Of a stretch of 64,000 nt of DNA, positions 20,040 to 29,432 are shown piece by piece. Below the pieces are notes generated by a model. That model was not told where the DNA came from. It saw only the letters and a program-made list of their open reading frames with translations, and made no database searches. Origin of the DNA: Myxococcales bacterium (GTDB lineage Bacteria > Myxococcota_A > Polyangia > Polyangiales > DASUME01); assembly GCA_047601445.1 (NCBI GenBank), contig JASGJH010000001.1, positions 8,736,001-8,800,000 of the forward strand. The letters run 5' to 3'. The position numbers were made by a program, and so were the translations under genes. Position 1 is the first letter of the stretch, and the number at the start of each line of letters is the position of its first letter.

Positions 20040-21710
20040 ACCACGCGGCGAGCCGCCGTCCAGCTGACGGTCGAGGTAGAGCCAGGTGGCGCTCACGAAG
20101 AGCATGATGGCGAGCGACATCAGGTAGTTGTTGCAGAACGCCAGGAAGCCCGAGCGGTCCCAGTACCAGTACACGCCGGCGCCGCACAAGAAGGGCAGGG
20201 CCAGGATGAGCTGGGCCGCGCGCTCGCGCTGGTAGCGAGCGAATAGCAGGATCCAGTAGGCGTAGATGCCGAAGTAGTACTCCACCGTGCCGAACAGCAA
20301 GAAGAAGCTGCCGAAGCCTGCCATCACCGTGGCCTCCAGGTCCGACAGGCGCGGCAGGAGCAGGATGATGACGAAGAGTCCCAGCGCGGTGAGTCCCCAG
20401 ACTGCGGGCGCGATGGCCTTGAGTTCGGCGGCGCGGGCGCCGTTGTGGATGGCGTCGGGCGTGAACTCACCGCGGAACAGCAGGAGATAGCGGAAGCCGA
20501 TGCGGCTCACGGTGATGAGCTGGGAGTGCTTGCCCATGTCTCCGAGGAACTCGCGCCAGTTTTCGAGCCCGCGCGCGTGGACGAACGTCGACAGGAAAGC
20601 CGTGGCGGCCGTGGCCATGGTGGCCAATGTGAAGCGCACGTGCTCGCGCTCGAGGCGCCGTGTGCGGGCGAACTGCAGCGCGCCCTTGCCCCCGATGCCG
20701 AGCAAGAACAGGACGGGGAAGATGTTGAGCATGGCGGCCAGGGCGAACAGCACCCCCGACAGGACGTAGCGCCGACGCGTGAGCGCCAAGAGTCCGAAGC
20801 CGCTCAAGAACATCCAGTGATAGCGAAAGAAGGAGCCGCCGATGTAGAAGAAGCGGTCCGAGAACGCCGTGAAGAAGCCGATGGCCACCAGGCTCCCCAG
20901 TTGCCACCCGAACGCGGCCGTGATCCCCGCCAGCATCGCGCAGACGGCGAGCGTGTCGATGAGCGTCGACAGGATCATGGTGTCGTAGTCGAGCGTGAAG
21001 CTGTTGGCGATGGCGCCAGCGACGAGGCCCTGAAAGGGAGTGCCGTTGTAGCCGTAGTCGCGGATCATCCCGCGGATCATCGCGGGCCCGGCGGCGTCGA
21101 CGATGACGCTGTAGTCGTGCTTGAACTCTTCCCAGCGCTCGGGCGTGAAGTGTTCTTTGCAGCGGCTCCGAGCGCGCACCTTGCTGGTATCGACGTAGCG
21201 ATATGCCCCGAGATCGCGGATTTGTTGATCGCCGATGAAGTGCAGGGTCTCGGCGTCCGCGACTACCGAGCATTCGTAGAGGCCGAAGTAGCCGAGCTCG
21301 TCGTAGTACTTGGGGCCGAGGAAGTAGTGATAGACGTCGTAGACCTTGGCGTAGTCGGGGCGCGTTACGCCGCCGTACAGATACAGCCAGTTGGCGGCGC
21401 TGAGCAGCAGGAGCGCTGTGAGCACGCCCTGCGCCGTGCGGCGGTACCAGCGCGCGCTCGAGACCGCGTGCCGTGTGAGCAGGCCATGCGCCACCAGGCC
21501 GAGGCCCGTGAGCCCAGCGAGCACGCCGTACAGGGCGTCGCTGAGTTGGCGCGTGAAGCGCACGTCGTCGAGACCGATGAACCCCTGATGAGCCAGGCTG
21601 GCCTCGTGGTCGTTCTCCCGGAACAGCAGCAAGCAGACGAGGCTCAGCGCCAAGAACCCGTAGACGCCCAAGGCGAACCGGCGGGAGCCCTGCGCGTCTT
21701 CAGCGTGCAT
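19962..21710 (-). CDS. Polytopic membrane protein, possible GT-C glycosyltransferase
   Basis: About 12 TM; external loop DVYHYFLGPKYYDELGY...DYGYNGTP. Confidence 0.55.
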   Translation of the reverse strand: MHAEDAQGSRRFALGVYGFLALSLVCLLLFRENDHEASLAHQGFIGLDDVRFTRQLSDALYGVLAGLTGLGLVAHGLLTRHAVSSARWYRRTAQGVLTALLLLSAANWLYLYGGVTRPDYAKVYDVYHYFLGPKYYDELGYFGLYECSVVADAETLHFIGDQQIRDLGAYRYVDTSKVRARSRCKEHFTPERWEEFKHDYSVIVDAAGPAMIRGMIRDYGYNGTPFQGLVAGAIANSFTLDYDTMILSTLIDTLAVCAMLAGITAAFGWQLGSLVAIGFFTAFSDRFFYIGGSFFRYHWMFLSGFGLLALTRRRYVLSGVLFALAAMLNIFPVLFLLGIGGKGALQFARTRRLEREHVRFTLATMATAATAFLSTFVHARGLENWREFLGDMGKHSQLITVSRIGFRYLLLFRGEFTPDAIHNGARAAELKAIAPAVWGLTALGLFVIILLLPRLSDLEATVMAGFGSFFLLFGTVEYYFGIYAYWILLFARYQRERAAQLILALPFLCGAGVYWYWDRSGFLAFCNNYLMSLAIMLFVSATWLYLDRQLDGGSPRGSRLLRAGVGLLWIGLLAVTALRWPS

Positions 21711-22617
21711 CGCCGCGATGCCCCTGCAGCCGATCGAGGGCCCGATGGACCGCCTCGGGATCGAGGAAGGACAAGTAGAGCGCCCACATCGTCACGGTGA
21801 AGGTGAACACGCTGAGGAAGGCGTAGAAGACGCCGTGCAACAGGAGGCCTGGCAAGATCAGATAGCGGCGCGTGCTCGGGAAGAACAGGCCGAACGCCAG
21901 CGCGAACTCGAGTAGCAGGGTCGCCCACGCCAGCGCCATGAACAGGGCCCCGGTGACGCCGCTATCGATGGGCGACGAGCCCGTATAGAAGTTCATGGTG
22001 TAGTGGGCGAGGCGCGAGCCGCTCAAGAAGCCCGCGTTGCACTTGTTGATCGCGGTCCAGAAGTACACGGAGGCCGTCTGCAGCGCGAGCAGCCGCATGC
22101 CCCACAGGTTGCCGCGCTCCTCCGGCCACGGCGTGCCAGCACGCTCCGCGCGGCCGATGGCGAGCCAGCGATCCAGAGAATAGGAGCGACCGCAGGGCGT
22201 GAACGCGAGCCAGGCGCAGGCCCAGGCGAGCAGGGTAGTGTGGTGATGGGTATAGGGCTCCACGCCCTTGCCGTGTCCCAGGTAGTAGACGAGATAGAGG
22301 GCGCACAGGGCAGTGCCGGCCACCGTGACGCGCGTCCACAGGCCCACCAAGGCCAGCGTGGTGACCGCGAAGAACACCGCGCAGAATACGAACTGCCCGT
22401 CGGTGAGGTGGCGGAAGAGCAAGAGCTCGTTCGCGTAGCGGGTCCAGACGGTGGCCACCAGGATGATGCGCATCAGGCTGGCGGCGCGCGTGGAGCCCTC
22501 GGTCTTGAGCGCCCATTCATAGAAACGCTGCCAGGTCGTGCCCTCTCGAGACGGCGTGCGCTCCTGGGATGGCGTGCGCTCCTGGGATGGCGCGCGCGTG
22601 CTGGCCGCTTCGCTCAT
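21700..22617 (-). CDS. HTTM-domain (VKGC/SdpB-like) membrane protein
   Basis: PCGRSYSLD, YFWTAINK, LHGVF; HHH in loop. Confidence 0.8.
   Translation of the reverse strand: MSEAASTRAPSQERTPSQERTPSREGTTWQRFYEWALKTEGSTRAASLMRIILVATVWTRYANELLLFRHLTDGQFVFCAVFFAVTTLALVGLWTRVTVAGTALCALYLVYYLGHGKGVEPYTHHHTTLLAWACAWLAFTPCGRSYSLDRWLAIGRAERAGTPWPEERGNLWGMRLLALQTASVYFWTAINKCNAGFLSGSRLAHYTMNFYTGSSPIDSGVTGALFMALAWATLLLEFALAFGLFFPSTRRYLILPGLLLHGVFYAFLSVFTFTVTMWALYLSFLDPEAVHRALDRLQGHRGDAR
22553..22592. repeat. 18-nt tandem repeat (PSQERT) at the HTTM N-terminus
   Basis: ggcgtgcgctcctgggat x2 plus a partial copy. Confidence 0.8.
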
Positions 22618-23084
22618 GGCGATTCCTCGGAACTCGTCGGTGCCTCTTGCCGTGGGCGCGGCGCCAACTGTGCCGGCCGTCCGGGACGCCCGCAGACATC
22701 GTTCGAGCCGTCTTCCACCACGGTCCAGCCGCGCCGGGTGGCGTCCCGCAGCTTCATGAACACGGGCCGCTGCTCACCCAGCTCGCGGCACAGGGCCCGC
22801 GCCAATGCCCAGGCCTCCGCCTCCTGCTTGACGAGCCGCACGTTGCGGGGGGCGACCCACGGGTCGGCATAGCCGAGCACCTCGAAGCGATCGAGCGCCA
22901 CGCGTGCCCCGGTGGCGTCGGTGGTTTCGAACGAGACCTCGTAAAGGTCCCGAGCGATGCCGCTGAACATCTCCCACTTTACGGCGTAGGGCGGCGCGTC
23001 GGAGCTCAGCGCGCGGTAGGCCGGGGCGACTAGGATGAATGCCGCACTCAGGAAGAATAGGAGGCCGCGCACCGCTTCCGACAC
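22614..23084 (-). CDS. Single-TM protein with W-x-M-F motif (SdpA-like HTTM partner)
   Basis: N-terminal TM then KWEMFSG; ATGA overlap with the HTTM gene. Confidence 0.6.
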   Translation of the reverse strand: MSEAVRGLLFFLSAAFILVAPAYRALSSDAPPYAVKWEMFSGIARDLYEVSFETTDATGARVALDRFEVLGYADPWVAPRNVRLVKQEAEAWALARALCRELGEQRPVFMKLRDATRRGWTVVEDGSNDVCGRPGRPAQLAPRPRQEAPTSSEESP

Positions 23085-23390
23085 AGGCAGAACCTATACA
23101 CCAAGGCTAGTTCGGGGGACAGCACGGATGTGCAGGCGCGCTCCCTTGTCGCCGTGCCTTTGGGCTCGGTTTGAGGTCGGGCTCGATGTTAGGCTGGCTG
23201 CCGTTCTCCGCGCCCGTGGGCGCTTCGACGTAAGGCACTCGACATCACCCGTATGCACTCTCGGCAGTAAATGGATTTGGGGCTACAAACGTCCCGCTCC
23301 AAGTAGTAGCTCGACCGCGGGCGGTGTTGCCCGCTTCGACCTGATGTTCGCGGGCCTTTGGCGCCCGCATGGACCGAGGAGAAAACATCG

Positions 23391-23993
23391 ATGCAAAAAG
23401 CTCTCGCAACGTGGCTCGCGGGCCGACCCGCCCGCTTCGACGGAGCCAGCCTCGCCCAGAAATGGCGCGGCACCCTCTGCGCCGGCATGGCGCTCGGCGC
23501 GCTGTCCGGGTGCGGCGGGGTAATCAAGTTCGCCGACTCCACGCCCATCGGCATCCGCGGGCCCGCTCCCGTGGTGGCCGAGGTGCCCAAGCGGGTCGAG
23601 GTGAAGGCAGACCGGCTCGAGATCGGAGAGAAGATCCAGTTCGAACTCGACAAGGCCGACATCAAGCCCGAGTCCCACGGACTGCTCGACGAGATCGTGC
23701 AGGTCCTGAGTGCGCACCCGCAGATCAAGAAGGTGGACGTCAACGGCCACACCGACAGCGACGGCGCCGATCACTACAACATGGATCTGTCCGATCGACG
23801 CGCCAAGGCCGTGGTGGCCTATCTGACGTCGCATGGCGTCGATGCCGCGCGTCTCACCTCCAAGGGCTTCGGCGAGTCGAAGCCCATCGCGGACAACAGC
23901 ACGGCGGCCGGCAAGGAGCAGAATCGCCGCGTGGAGTTCTTGATCACGGAGCAGGACAACGGCAAGGGGGTACTCAGTGCGCAGGGCAATTGA
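23391..23993 (+). CDS. OmpA-family peptidoglycan-binding lipoprotein
   Basis: GAGGAG RBS; LSGC lipobox; GHTD, NMDLSDRRA, NRRVEF. Confidence 0.9.
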   Translation: MQKALATWLAGRPARFDGASLAQKWRGTLCAGMALGALSGCGGVIKFADSTPIGIRGPAPVVAEVPKRVEVKADRLEIGEKIQFELDKADIKPESHGLLDEIVQVLSAHPQIKKVDVNGHTDSDGADHYNMDLSDRRAKAVVAYLTSHGVDAARLTSKGFGESKPIADNSTAAGKEQNRRVEFLITEQDNGKGVLSAQGN

Positions 23994-24345
23994 TGTCGTG
24001 ATGTGCGGGGCCCTCGCGCTCCTCTCGGGTTGCTCCTTCTACGCGCGGGGACCAGACGACTACCGCAAGGTCGTGCGCGAGACGCTCGACACGCGCAGCG
24101 CCCAGATCGAGTCCTGCTACCGCGGCGAGCTCGCCAAGGATGCCGCGGCCGGTGGACGCGTGGTGGTCAAGTTCGACGTCGAGCCCAAGACCGGCAACAT
24201 CGCCAAGCCGGCCATCGTGGACGGCGAGACCACGGCGCCCGAGTCGGTCAAGAACTGCGTGATGACCTCCCTGGACGGGCTTGCCATCAAGCCCCCCGAC
24301 CAGCGCAAGGGCGAGGCCACCTTCGCCTGGGAGTTCACGCACTGA
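23977..24345 (+). CDS. Lipoprotein with AgmX/PglI C-terminal (TonB-C-like) domain
   Basis: LSGC lipobox; IESCY...GGRVVVKFDV...NCV pattern. Confidence 0.7.
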   Translation: MRRAIDVVMCGALALLSGCSFYARGPDDYRKVVRETLDTRSAQIESCYRGELAKDAAAGGRVVVKFDVEPKTGNIAKPAIVDGETTAPESVKNCVMTSLDGLAIKPPDQRKGEATFAWEFTH

Positions 24346-24458
24346 AGTTCGCCGTCCGCTAGACCACCTTCGACGCTGCGAGAGCACGCGTGAGCGGAGG
24401 TCGCGTGACCTCCCCGTGAATTTGCGTATACCTGGCCAAACTCGGCGAGGAAACGCGA

Positions 24459-25268
24459 ATGGGCGGCAAGAGAATCTTCATCACAGGCGCGGCGAGCGGA
24501 CTCGGACTCGCGCTGGCCAAGCGCTATGCGCGCGAGGGCTACAAGGTCTGTCTGGGTGACGTCAACGACGCGGCGGGCCAGTCCGCACAGGAGGCCGTGC
24601 GGGCAGCGGGCGCCGCGGAAGCGCTCTACCTGCGCTGCGATGTCACCAAGGAAGAGGACCTGCAAACGGTGGCCAATACACTCAGCGAGCGCTGGGGCGG
24701 TGTGGACATCGTGGTCAACAACGCGGGCGTCGCCCAGGCCGGCAGCATCGACGAAGTCTCTCTCGACGACTGGCGCTGGATTCTCGACATCAACCTGCTC
24801 GGCGTGGTGCGCGGGTGCAAGATCTTCACGCCCGTCTTCAAGCGCCAGGGGGACGGACGCTTCATCAACGTCGCATCCATGGCCGGCCTGCTCGATATGC
24901 CCAAGATGAGCAGCTACAACGTGTCCAAGGCGGCGGTGGTCTCGCTCTCCGAGACGCTGCAGAACGAGCTCGGGCACTCCAACATCCGCGTGTCGGTGGT
25001 GTGCCCGTCGTTCTTCAAGACCAACCTGGCCGACTCCCTGCGCACGACCGATCCCAAGCTGGGGGTGCTGGTGGGGAAGCTCGTCTCGCGCGGCAAGCTC
25101 ACCGCCGAGATCGTGGCGGACAAGGTGTACGAGGGAGCCAAGAACAATGAGTTCTACATCCTGCCCCACCTGGACGGACGCGCGCTTTGGCAGGCCAAGA
25201 CCTTGCTGCCACGTGCTCTGTACAACGCCATCGTGGTGAACCGCTCGCGCTGGCTCATGAAGATGTAG
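24459..25268 (+). CDS. SDR-family oxidoreductase
   Basis: TGAASGLG, NNAG, YNVSK. Confidence 0.92.
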   Translation: MGGKRIFITGAASGLGLALAKRYAREGYKVCLGDVNDAAGQSAQEAVRAAGAAEALYLRCDVTKEEDLQTVANTLSERWGGVDIVVNNAGVAQAGSIDEVSLDDWRWILDINLLGVVRGCKIFTPVFKRQGDGRFINVASMAGLLDMPKMSSYNVSKAAVVSLSETLQNELGHSNIRVSVVCPSFFKTNLADSLRTTDPKLGVLVGKLVSRGKLTAEIVADKVYEGAKNNEFYILPHLDGRALWQAKTLLPRALYNAIVVNRSRWLMKM

Positions 25269-25273
25269 TCCCG

Positions 25274-25765
25274 ATGCAGCTCGCCTTCCGCTTGCCCTAT
25301 CAGCGCCTGGTTCTCCGCTCGCCGCTCGCACCCAGCGAGGCCCGACGCGCGCTCGAGTCCCAGCTGGCCGACGTGGCGTTCTACAAGAACCCGGCTGGGA
25401 AGGCGTTCCGCGGTCGCTTCGAGGGCGAGCGCTTTCGTTGCTCGCGCGTGACCCCCTACCGCAACGTGTTCTTGCCTGTGGTGCGCGGGCATCTCGTGGC
25501 GGAGGGCACGGGTACCAGGGTGGAACTGCTTCTCCACACGCCCCCCTTCGGCTCGGCCTTCCTCACGGTGTGGACGCTGGGCATTTTGGCGGTTCTCGTG
25601 GGAGGCACGCTCGGAGGACGGGGGAGCGCCCCGGGGGCCGGTTTCTGGCTCCTGACGGTCCCCTTGTTGGGGATTGGATTCGCGATTGCGGGGTTCGCGT
25701 TTGGCTCGGAGGCGGTGGAAACCATCGCTTTGCTCGAGCGATGCTTGAGGGTTTCTCGGGCGTGA
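25274..25765 (+). CDS. Hypothetical membrane protein (2 C-terminal TM)
   Basis: Starts 6 nt after the SDR stop; GTGA overlap with next gene. Confidence 0.6.
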   Translation: MQLAFRLPYQRLVLRSPLAPSEARRALESQLADVAFYKNPAGKAFRGRFEGERFRCSRVTPYRNVFLPVVRGHLVAEGTGTRVELLLHTPPFGSAFLTVWTLGILAVLVGGTLGGRGSAPGAGFWLLTVPLLGIGFAIAGFAFGSEAVETIALLERCLRVSRA

Positions 25766-26157
25766 ATCGCGTCTACATGCCCGGGATGCGCCCACGGGAA
25801 CTGCTCAAGGTGCTCGACCGAGGCCAGGGCGATGTCGCCCTCGCCGACCCGCAGTGTCAGCTCATGCTGACGCTGATCGCCCATGTGATCCACGCCGACC
25901 GCGGCATGACCCAGGACGAGCTCGATTTGGTGCGCCCATTGGTCCGCAACGTCGAAGACAAGCGGGGCTTCTTCGAAGAGCTGAGCCAACGCCCGCTCGA
26001 CCTCGAAGCGCTCGCCCAGAACTTCCCCGATCGCCGCGACCGCAAAGACCTGCTCGAGATCGCCGAGCACTGCCTGTGGTGCGACGGCGTCGAGGACGAG
26101 CGCGAGTGGAACCTGATCGACCGAATCGCGTACAAGTTGGGTCTCTCGCGCGCCTAG
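25762..26157 (+). CDS. TerB-like (tellurite resistance) domain protein
   Basis: HADRGMTQDE and WCDGVEDERE helical-repeat motifs; start uncertain. Confidence 0.6.
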   Translation: MNRVYMPGMRPRELLKVLDRGQGDVALADPQCQLMLTLIAHVIHADRGMTQDELDLVRPLVRNVEDKRGFFEELSQRPLDLEALAQNFPDRRDRKDLLEIAEHCLWCDGVEDEREWNLIDRIAYKLGLSRA

Positions 26158-26172
26158 CGAGGGCTGACAGCG

Positions 26173-27489
26173 TCACCCACTCACCGAAACCACCTTGAGT
26201 GGAACTCCGAATTTGGGCCCCATGGTGATGTTGCGGCGCACGCGGGGCTCCGGCCCTGGCCGGACGCAGGCGAGCTCCGTCCGGCGCAGCAGCGTGGCCA
26301 GGAAGATCTTGGTCTCGTAGTCGCTGAAGGCCGCACCCAGGCAGCGGCGCACGCCACCCCCGAAGGGCAAATACTCGAAGGGTGCGTAGCGGCGCTCGAG
26401 AAAGCGCTCGGGCCAAAAGCGCTCAGGCTCGGGATAGATCAACGGATCGCGGTGCAACGCCTCGATCAGCACGATCACCACATCCTTGGGTGTCAGCACC
26501 AGGTCGTCCTCCACATGAAAGAGGCCGGTCGGCACCCGTGCCACGTCGGTCACGATGGGATCGATGCGCAGGGTTTCGTCGATGACCGCGGCCAAGTACG
26601 GCAGGCGTTGGGCCTCTTCGGGTGTGGTCTGTGCGCCGAGCTCTGCCTTGAGCTTGGCGAGTGACTCGGGGTGCTGGTGCAAGCGCCCGAGGCTCGTGGC
26701 CAACGCGAGCGCAGTGGTTTCGTGGCCGGCCAGGAGCAAAGTCACGAGCTGGTCGCAGATCTCGTCGCTCCCGATCTCGGAGCCGTCGTCGTAGCGCGCT
26801 TCGAGCAAGAGCGAGAGCACGTCGTCCCGCCGCAGCGGCTCCCGCCGACGCTGCGCGATCTGAGCATGCACCCACTGGTTGAAGCGCGCCCGCAGGCGTT
26901 GATAGCGCGCCCAGGGCGGGAACCAGCGTTGTTGGAGGCGCGGCACGAAGATGGCGATGGGCGGAACGCTGTGCACGATCTCGCCGAGCAACTGCTTGAG
27001 CTCATGCGCCGCAGCGGGGTTCTCCACACCGAACACCGTGCGCACGATGACATCGAGCGTGAAATCGGTGGTGAGATCGACGGCCCGGAAAGTTTGGCCC
27101 GCGCGCAGCGCGGACACGTGCTCGTTCGCGATCTGTTGCATCGTGGTCCCGAACGCGCGCAGACGCGGACCCGTAAGCGGTGGCGCGAGCAGCTTGCGCT
27201 GCCGGGCGTGGGTCGGGCCGGAGGTCAGCAGCACCGAACGCGGACCGAAGATGTTGCGCAGCGAAAACGCCGAGAACGACAGGAAGGTGGACGAATCCGC
27301 GCTGAAGATGCGCTTCACGTGGGCCGGGTCGGCGGTGAACAGGAAGCTGGCCCCCAGTGCCGGTACGCTGTAGCTCCGCCCGAAGGTGCGGGCATGGCGC
27401 GTCGCGAAGCGCGTCGGCGCCAGGCCGAACTCGAGCATATTGAAGAGGGGAGGGGAGCTGGGGCCGGCGAGGGAAGACAGCGTGCGCAC
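26173..27489 (-). CDS. Cytochrome P450
   Basis: AGHETTA, ETLR, PERF, heme motif PFGGGVRRCLG. Confidence 0.95.
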   Translation of the reverse strand: MRTLSSLAGPSSPPLFNMLEFGLAPTRFATRHARTFGRSYSVPALGASFLFTADPAHVKRIFSADSSTFLSFSAFSLRNIFGPRSVLLTSGPTHARQRKLLAPPLTGPRLRAFGTTMQQIANEHVSALRAGQTFRAVDLTTDFTLDVIVRTVFGVENPAAAHELKQLLGEIVHSVPPIAIFVPRLQQRWFPPWARYQRLRARFNQWVHAQIAQRRREPLRRDDVLSLLLEARYDDGSEIGSDEICDQLVTLLLAGHETTALALATSLGRLHQHPESLAKLKAELGAQTTPEEAQRLPYLAAVIDETLRIDPIVTDVARVPTGLFHVEDDLVLTPKDVVIVLIEALHRDPLIYPEPERFWPERFLERRYAPFEYLPFGGGVRRCLGAAFSDYETKIFLATLLRRTELACVRPGPEPRVRRNITMGPKFGVPLKVVSVSG

Positions 27490-27504
27490 GGCCCTACTTT
27501 GGCT

Positions 27505-28083
27505 TCACTTCTGTGCGAGGATCAAGAGCTCCAGCTCAACCTCGTCCTCCAGGCTGATCTTGGCAGCCACGCTGCCTGCGCCGATGCCGAAATCGTTGCG
27601 GTTGACGTTGATCTTCCCCTTGTAAGCCACGGTGTCGATGCCCGCGCCGTTCTTGCCCCTGGCTACCTTGAAGGGGATCGTGAGCTTCTTCTTCTTGCCG
27701 TGCATGTCGAGCGTACCTGTCACGCTGAGCCCGCTCGCCGACTCCGTGATGCTCTCGGACACGAAGGTGATCTTCGGGTACTTCTTGACGTCGAAGAAAT
27801 CGGGGCTCGAAAGGTGCTCATCGCGCTTGTCGTTGTCGGTGTCGATGCTGGCGGCGTCGATGTTCACAGTGACTTTGGCCTGGGCGGGTTTGGTCGGGTC
27901 GCCATCGACCAGGACCTCGTACTTGTTGAAGCGGCCTTCCACGCTGAACAGCAACGTCGAGGCCGTGAAACCGACGCGGCTGTGCACGGTGTCGAGCTTG
28001 AGCGGCTTGAACTCCGCGAAAGCAACTCCCACCAGGGCGGTCACGAGCAGCCAACCCAGCGCAAACTTCACCACATTCCGCAT
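27505..28083 (-). CDS. yceI: YceI-family secreted lipid/polyisoprenoid-binding protein
   Basis: Signal peptide; HSRVGF, RDEHLSSPDFFD, RNDFGI. Confidence 0.9.
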   Translation of the reverse strand: MRNVVKFALGWLLVTALVGVAFAEFKPLKLDTVHSRVGFTASTLLFSVEGRFNKYEVLVDGDPTKPAQAKVTVNIDAASIDTDNDKRDEHLSSPDFFDVKKYPKITFVSESITESASGLSVTGTLDMHGKKKKLTIPFKVARGKNGAGIDTVAYKGKINVNRNDFGIGAGSVAAKISLEDEVELELLILAQK

Positions 28084-28319
28084 TCCTGAGCCTCCTCGGT
28101 CCCGCGCATTGTACGTGGGATGCAGGTAGTTCGTTCGTCGACTGCCCTTGGTTTCATCGGATTCACAGAAACGCTTCCTGCCCTCGATGGCCCCAGGATG
28201 GGTACGTACGACCCAGCCCCCTGCGGGGCCTCCGGACCCTGCTCCCCATGAGCCGCGGAAAGAAGCGGCCCAGGCTGACTCGCGGCCCACTTCCGCGGCG
28301 TCCGAGGCATAGTGTGGGC

Positions 28320-29432
28320 ATGAAGACGAAAGCTGCAGTCGCGTACGAAGCCGGCAAGCCCCTGGTCATCGAGGACGTCGAGTTGGATGGGCCGCGGGCC
28401 GGCGAGGTGCTCATCGAGCTCAAGGCCACTGGCGTTTGCCACACCGATGAGTTCACGCTCTCCGGCAAGGACCCGGAAGGATTGTTCCCCGTCATCTTCG
28501 GGCACGAGGGAGCGGGCGTGGTGGTCGACGTCGGGCCAGGCGTCACCAGCCTCAAGCGCGGCGACCACGTGATCCCGCTCTACACACCCGAGTGCCGGAC
28601 CTGCAAGTCCTGCCTCAGCCGCAAGACCAACCTGTGCACGGCCATCCGCGCGACCCAGGGCAAGGGCCTGATGCCAGACGGCACGAGCCGCTTCTCCATC
28701 GGCAAGACCAAGATCCACCACTACATGGGCTGTTCGACCTTTGCGCAGCACACCGTGCTGCCCGAGATCGCGCTGGCCAAGGTCCGCGAGGACGCGCCCT
28801 TCGACAAGATCTGTTACATCGGTTGCGGCGTGACCACCGGCATCGGCGCGGTGATCTACACGGCCAAGGTCGAGCCGGGCGCCAATGTGGTGGTCTTCGG
28901 TCTGGGGGGCATCGGCCTCAACGTGATCCAGGGCGCGCGCATGGCCGGCGCCGACATGATCGTCGGCGTGGACATCAACCCCGCGCGCGAGGCCATTGCG
29001 CGCAAGTTCGGCATGACGCACTTCGTGAACCCCAAGCAGATCGACCAGGACGTGGTCGCGCACCTGGTGGAGCTCACCAAGGGAGGCGCCGACTACAGCT
29101 TCGAGTGCGTGGGCGACGTGAAGCTCATGCGCCAGGCCCTCGAGTGCTGCCACCGCGGCTGGGGCGAGAGCATCATCATCGGCGTGGCGGGCGCGGGCCA
29201 GGAAATCTCCACCCGGCCTTTCCAGCTGGTCACGGGGCGCGTCTGGAAGGGCACCGCCTTCGGGGGCGCGCGCGGGCGCACGGACGTCCCGAAGATCGTC
29301 GATTGGTACATGGAAAAGAAGATCGACATCGACAGCCTCATCACCCACAAGCTGCCGCTCTCGCGCATCAACGAGGCCTTCGACCTGATGCACCGCGGGG
29401 AGTCGATCCGCTCCGTGATCGAGTTTTCATGA
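28320..29432 (+). CDS. frmA: S-(hydroxymethyl)glutathione dehydrogenase / class III ADH
   Basis: GVCHTD, GHEGAG, structural Zn Cys cluster, TRPFQLVTGRVWKG. Confidence 0.96.
   Translation: MKTKAAVAYEAGKPLVIEDVELDGPRAGEVLIELKATGVCHTDEFTLSGKDPEGLFPVIFGHEGAGVVVDVGPGVTSLKRGDHVIPLYTPECRTCKSCLSRKTNLCTAIRATQGKGLMPDGTSRFSIGKTKIHHYMGCSTFAQHTVLPEIALAKVREDAPFDKICYIGCGVTTGIGAVIYTAKVEPGANVVVFGLGGIGLNVIQGARMAGADMIVGVDINPAREAIARKFGMTHFVNPKQIDQDVVAHLVELTKGGADYSFECVGDVKLMRQALECCHRGWGESIIIGVAGAGQEISTRPFQLVTGRVWKGTAFGGARGRTDVPKIVDWYMEKKIDIDSLITHKLPLSRINEAFDLMHRGESIRSVIEFS

Noticed and set aside
23085..23390. SdpC-like precursor peptide upstream of the HTTM operon
   Set aside because: No ORF with an RBS or signal peptide was found
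23210..23442. Possible CRISPR-like array
   Set aside because: Only three degenerate copies at ~100-110 nt spacing, and no cas genes
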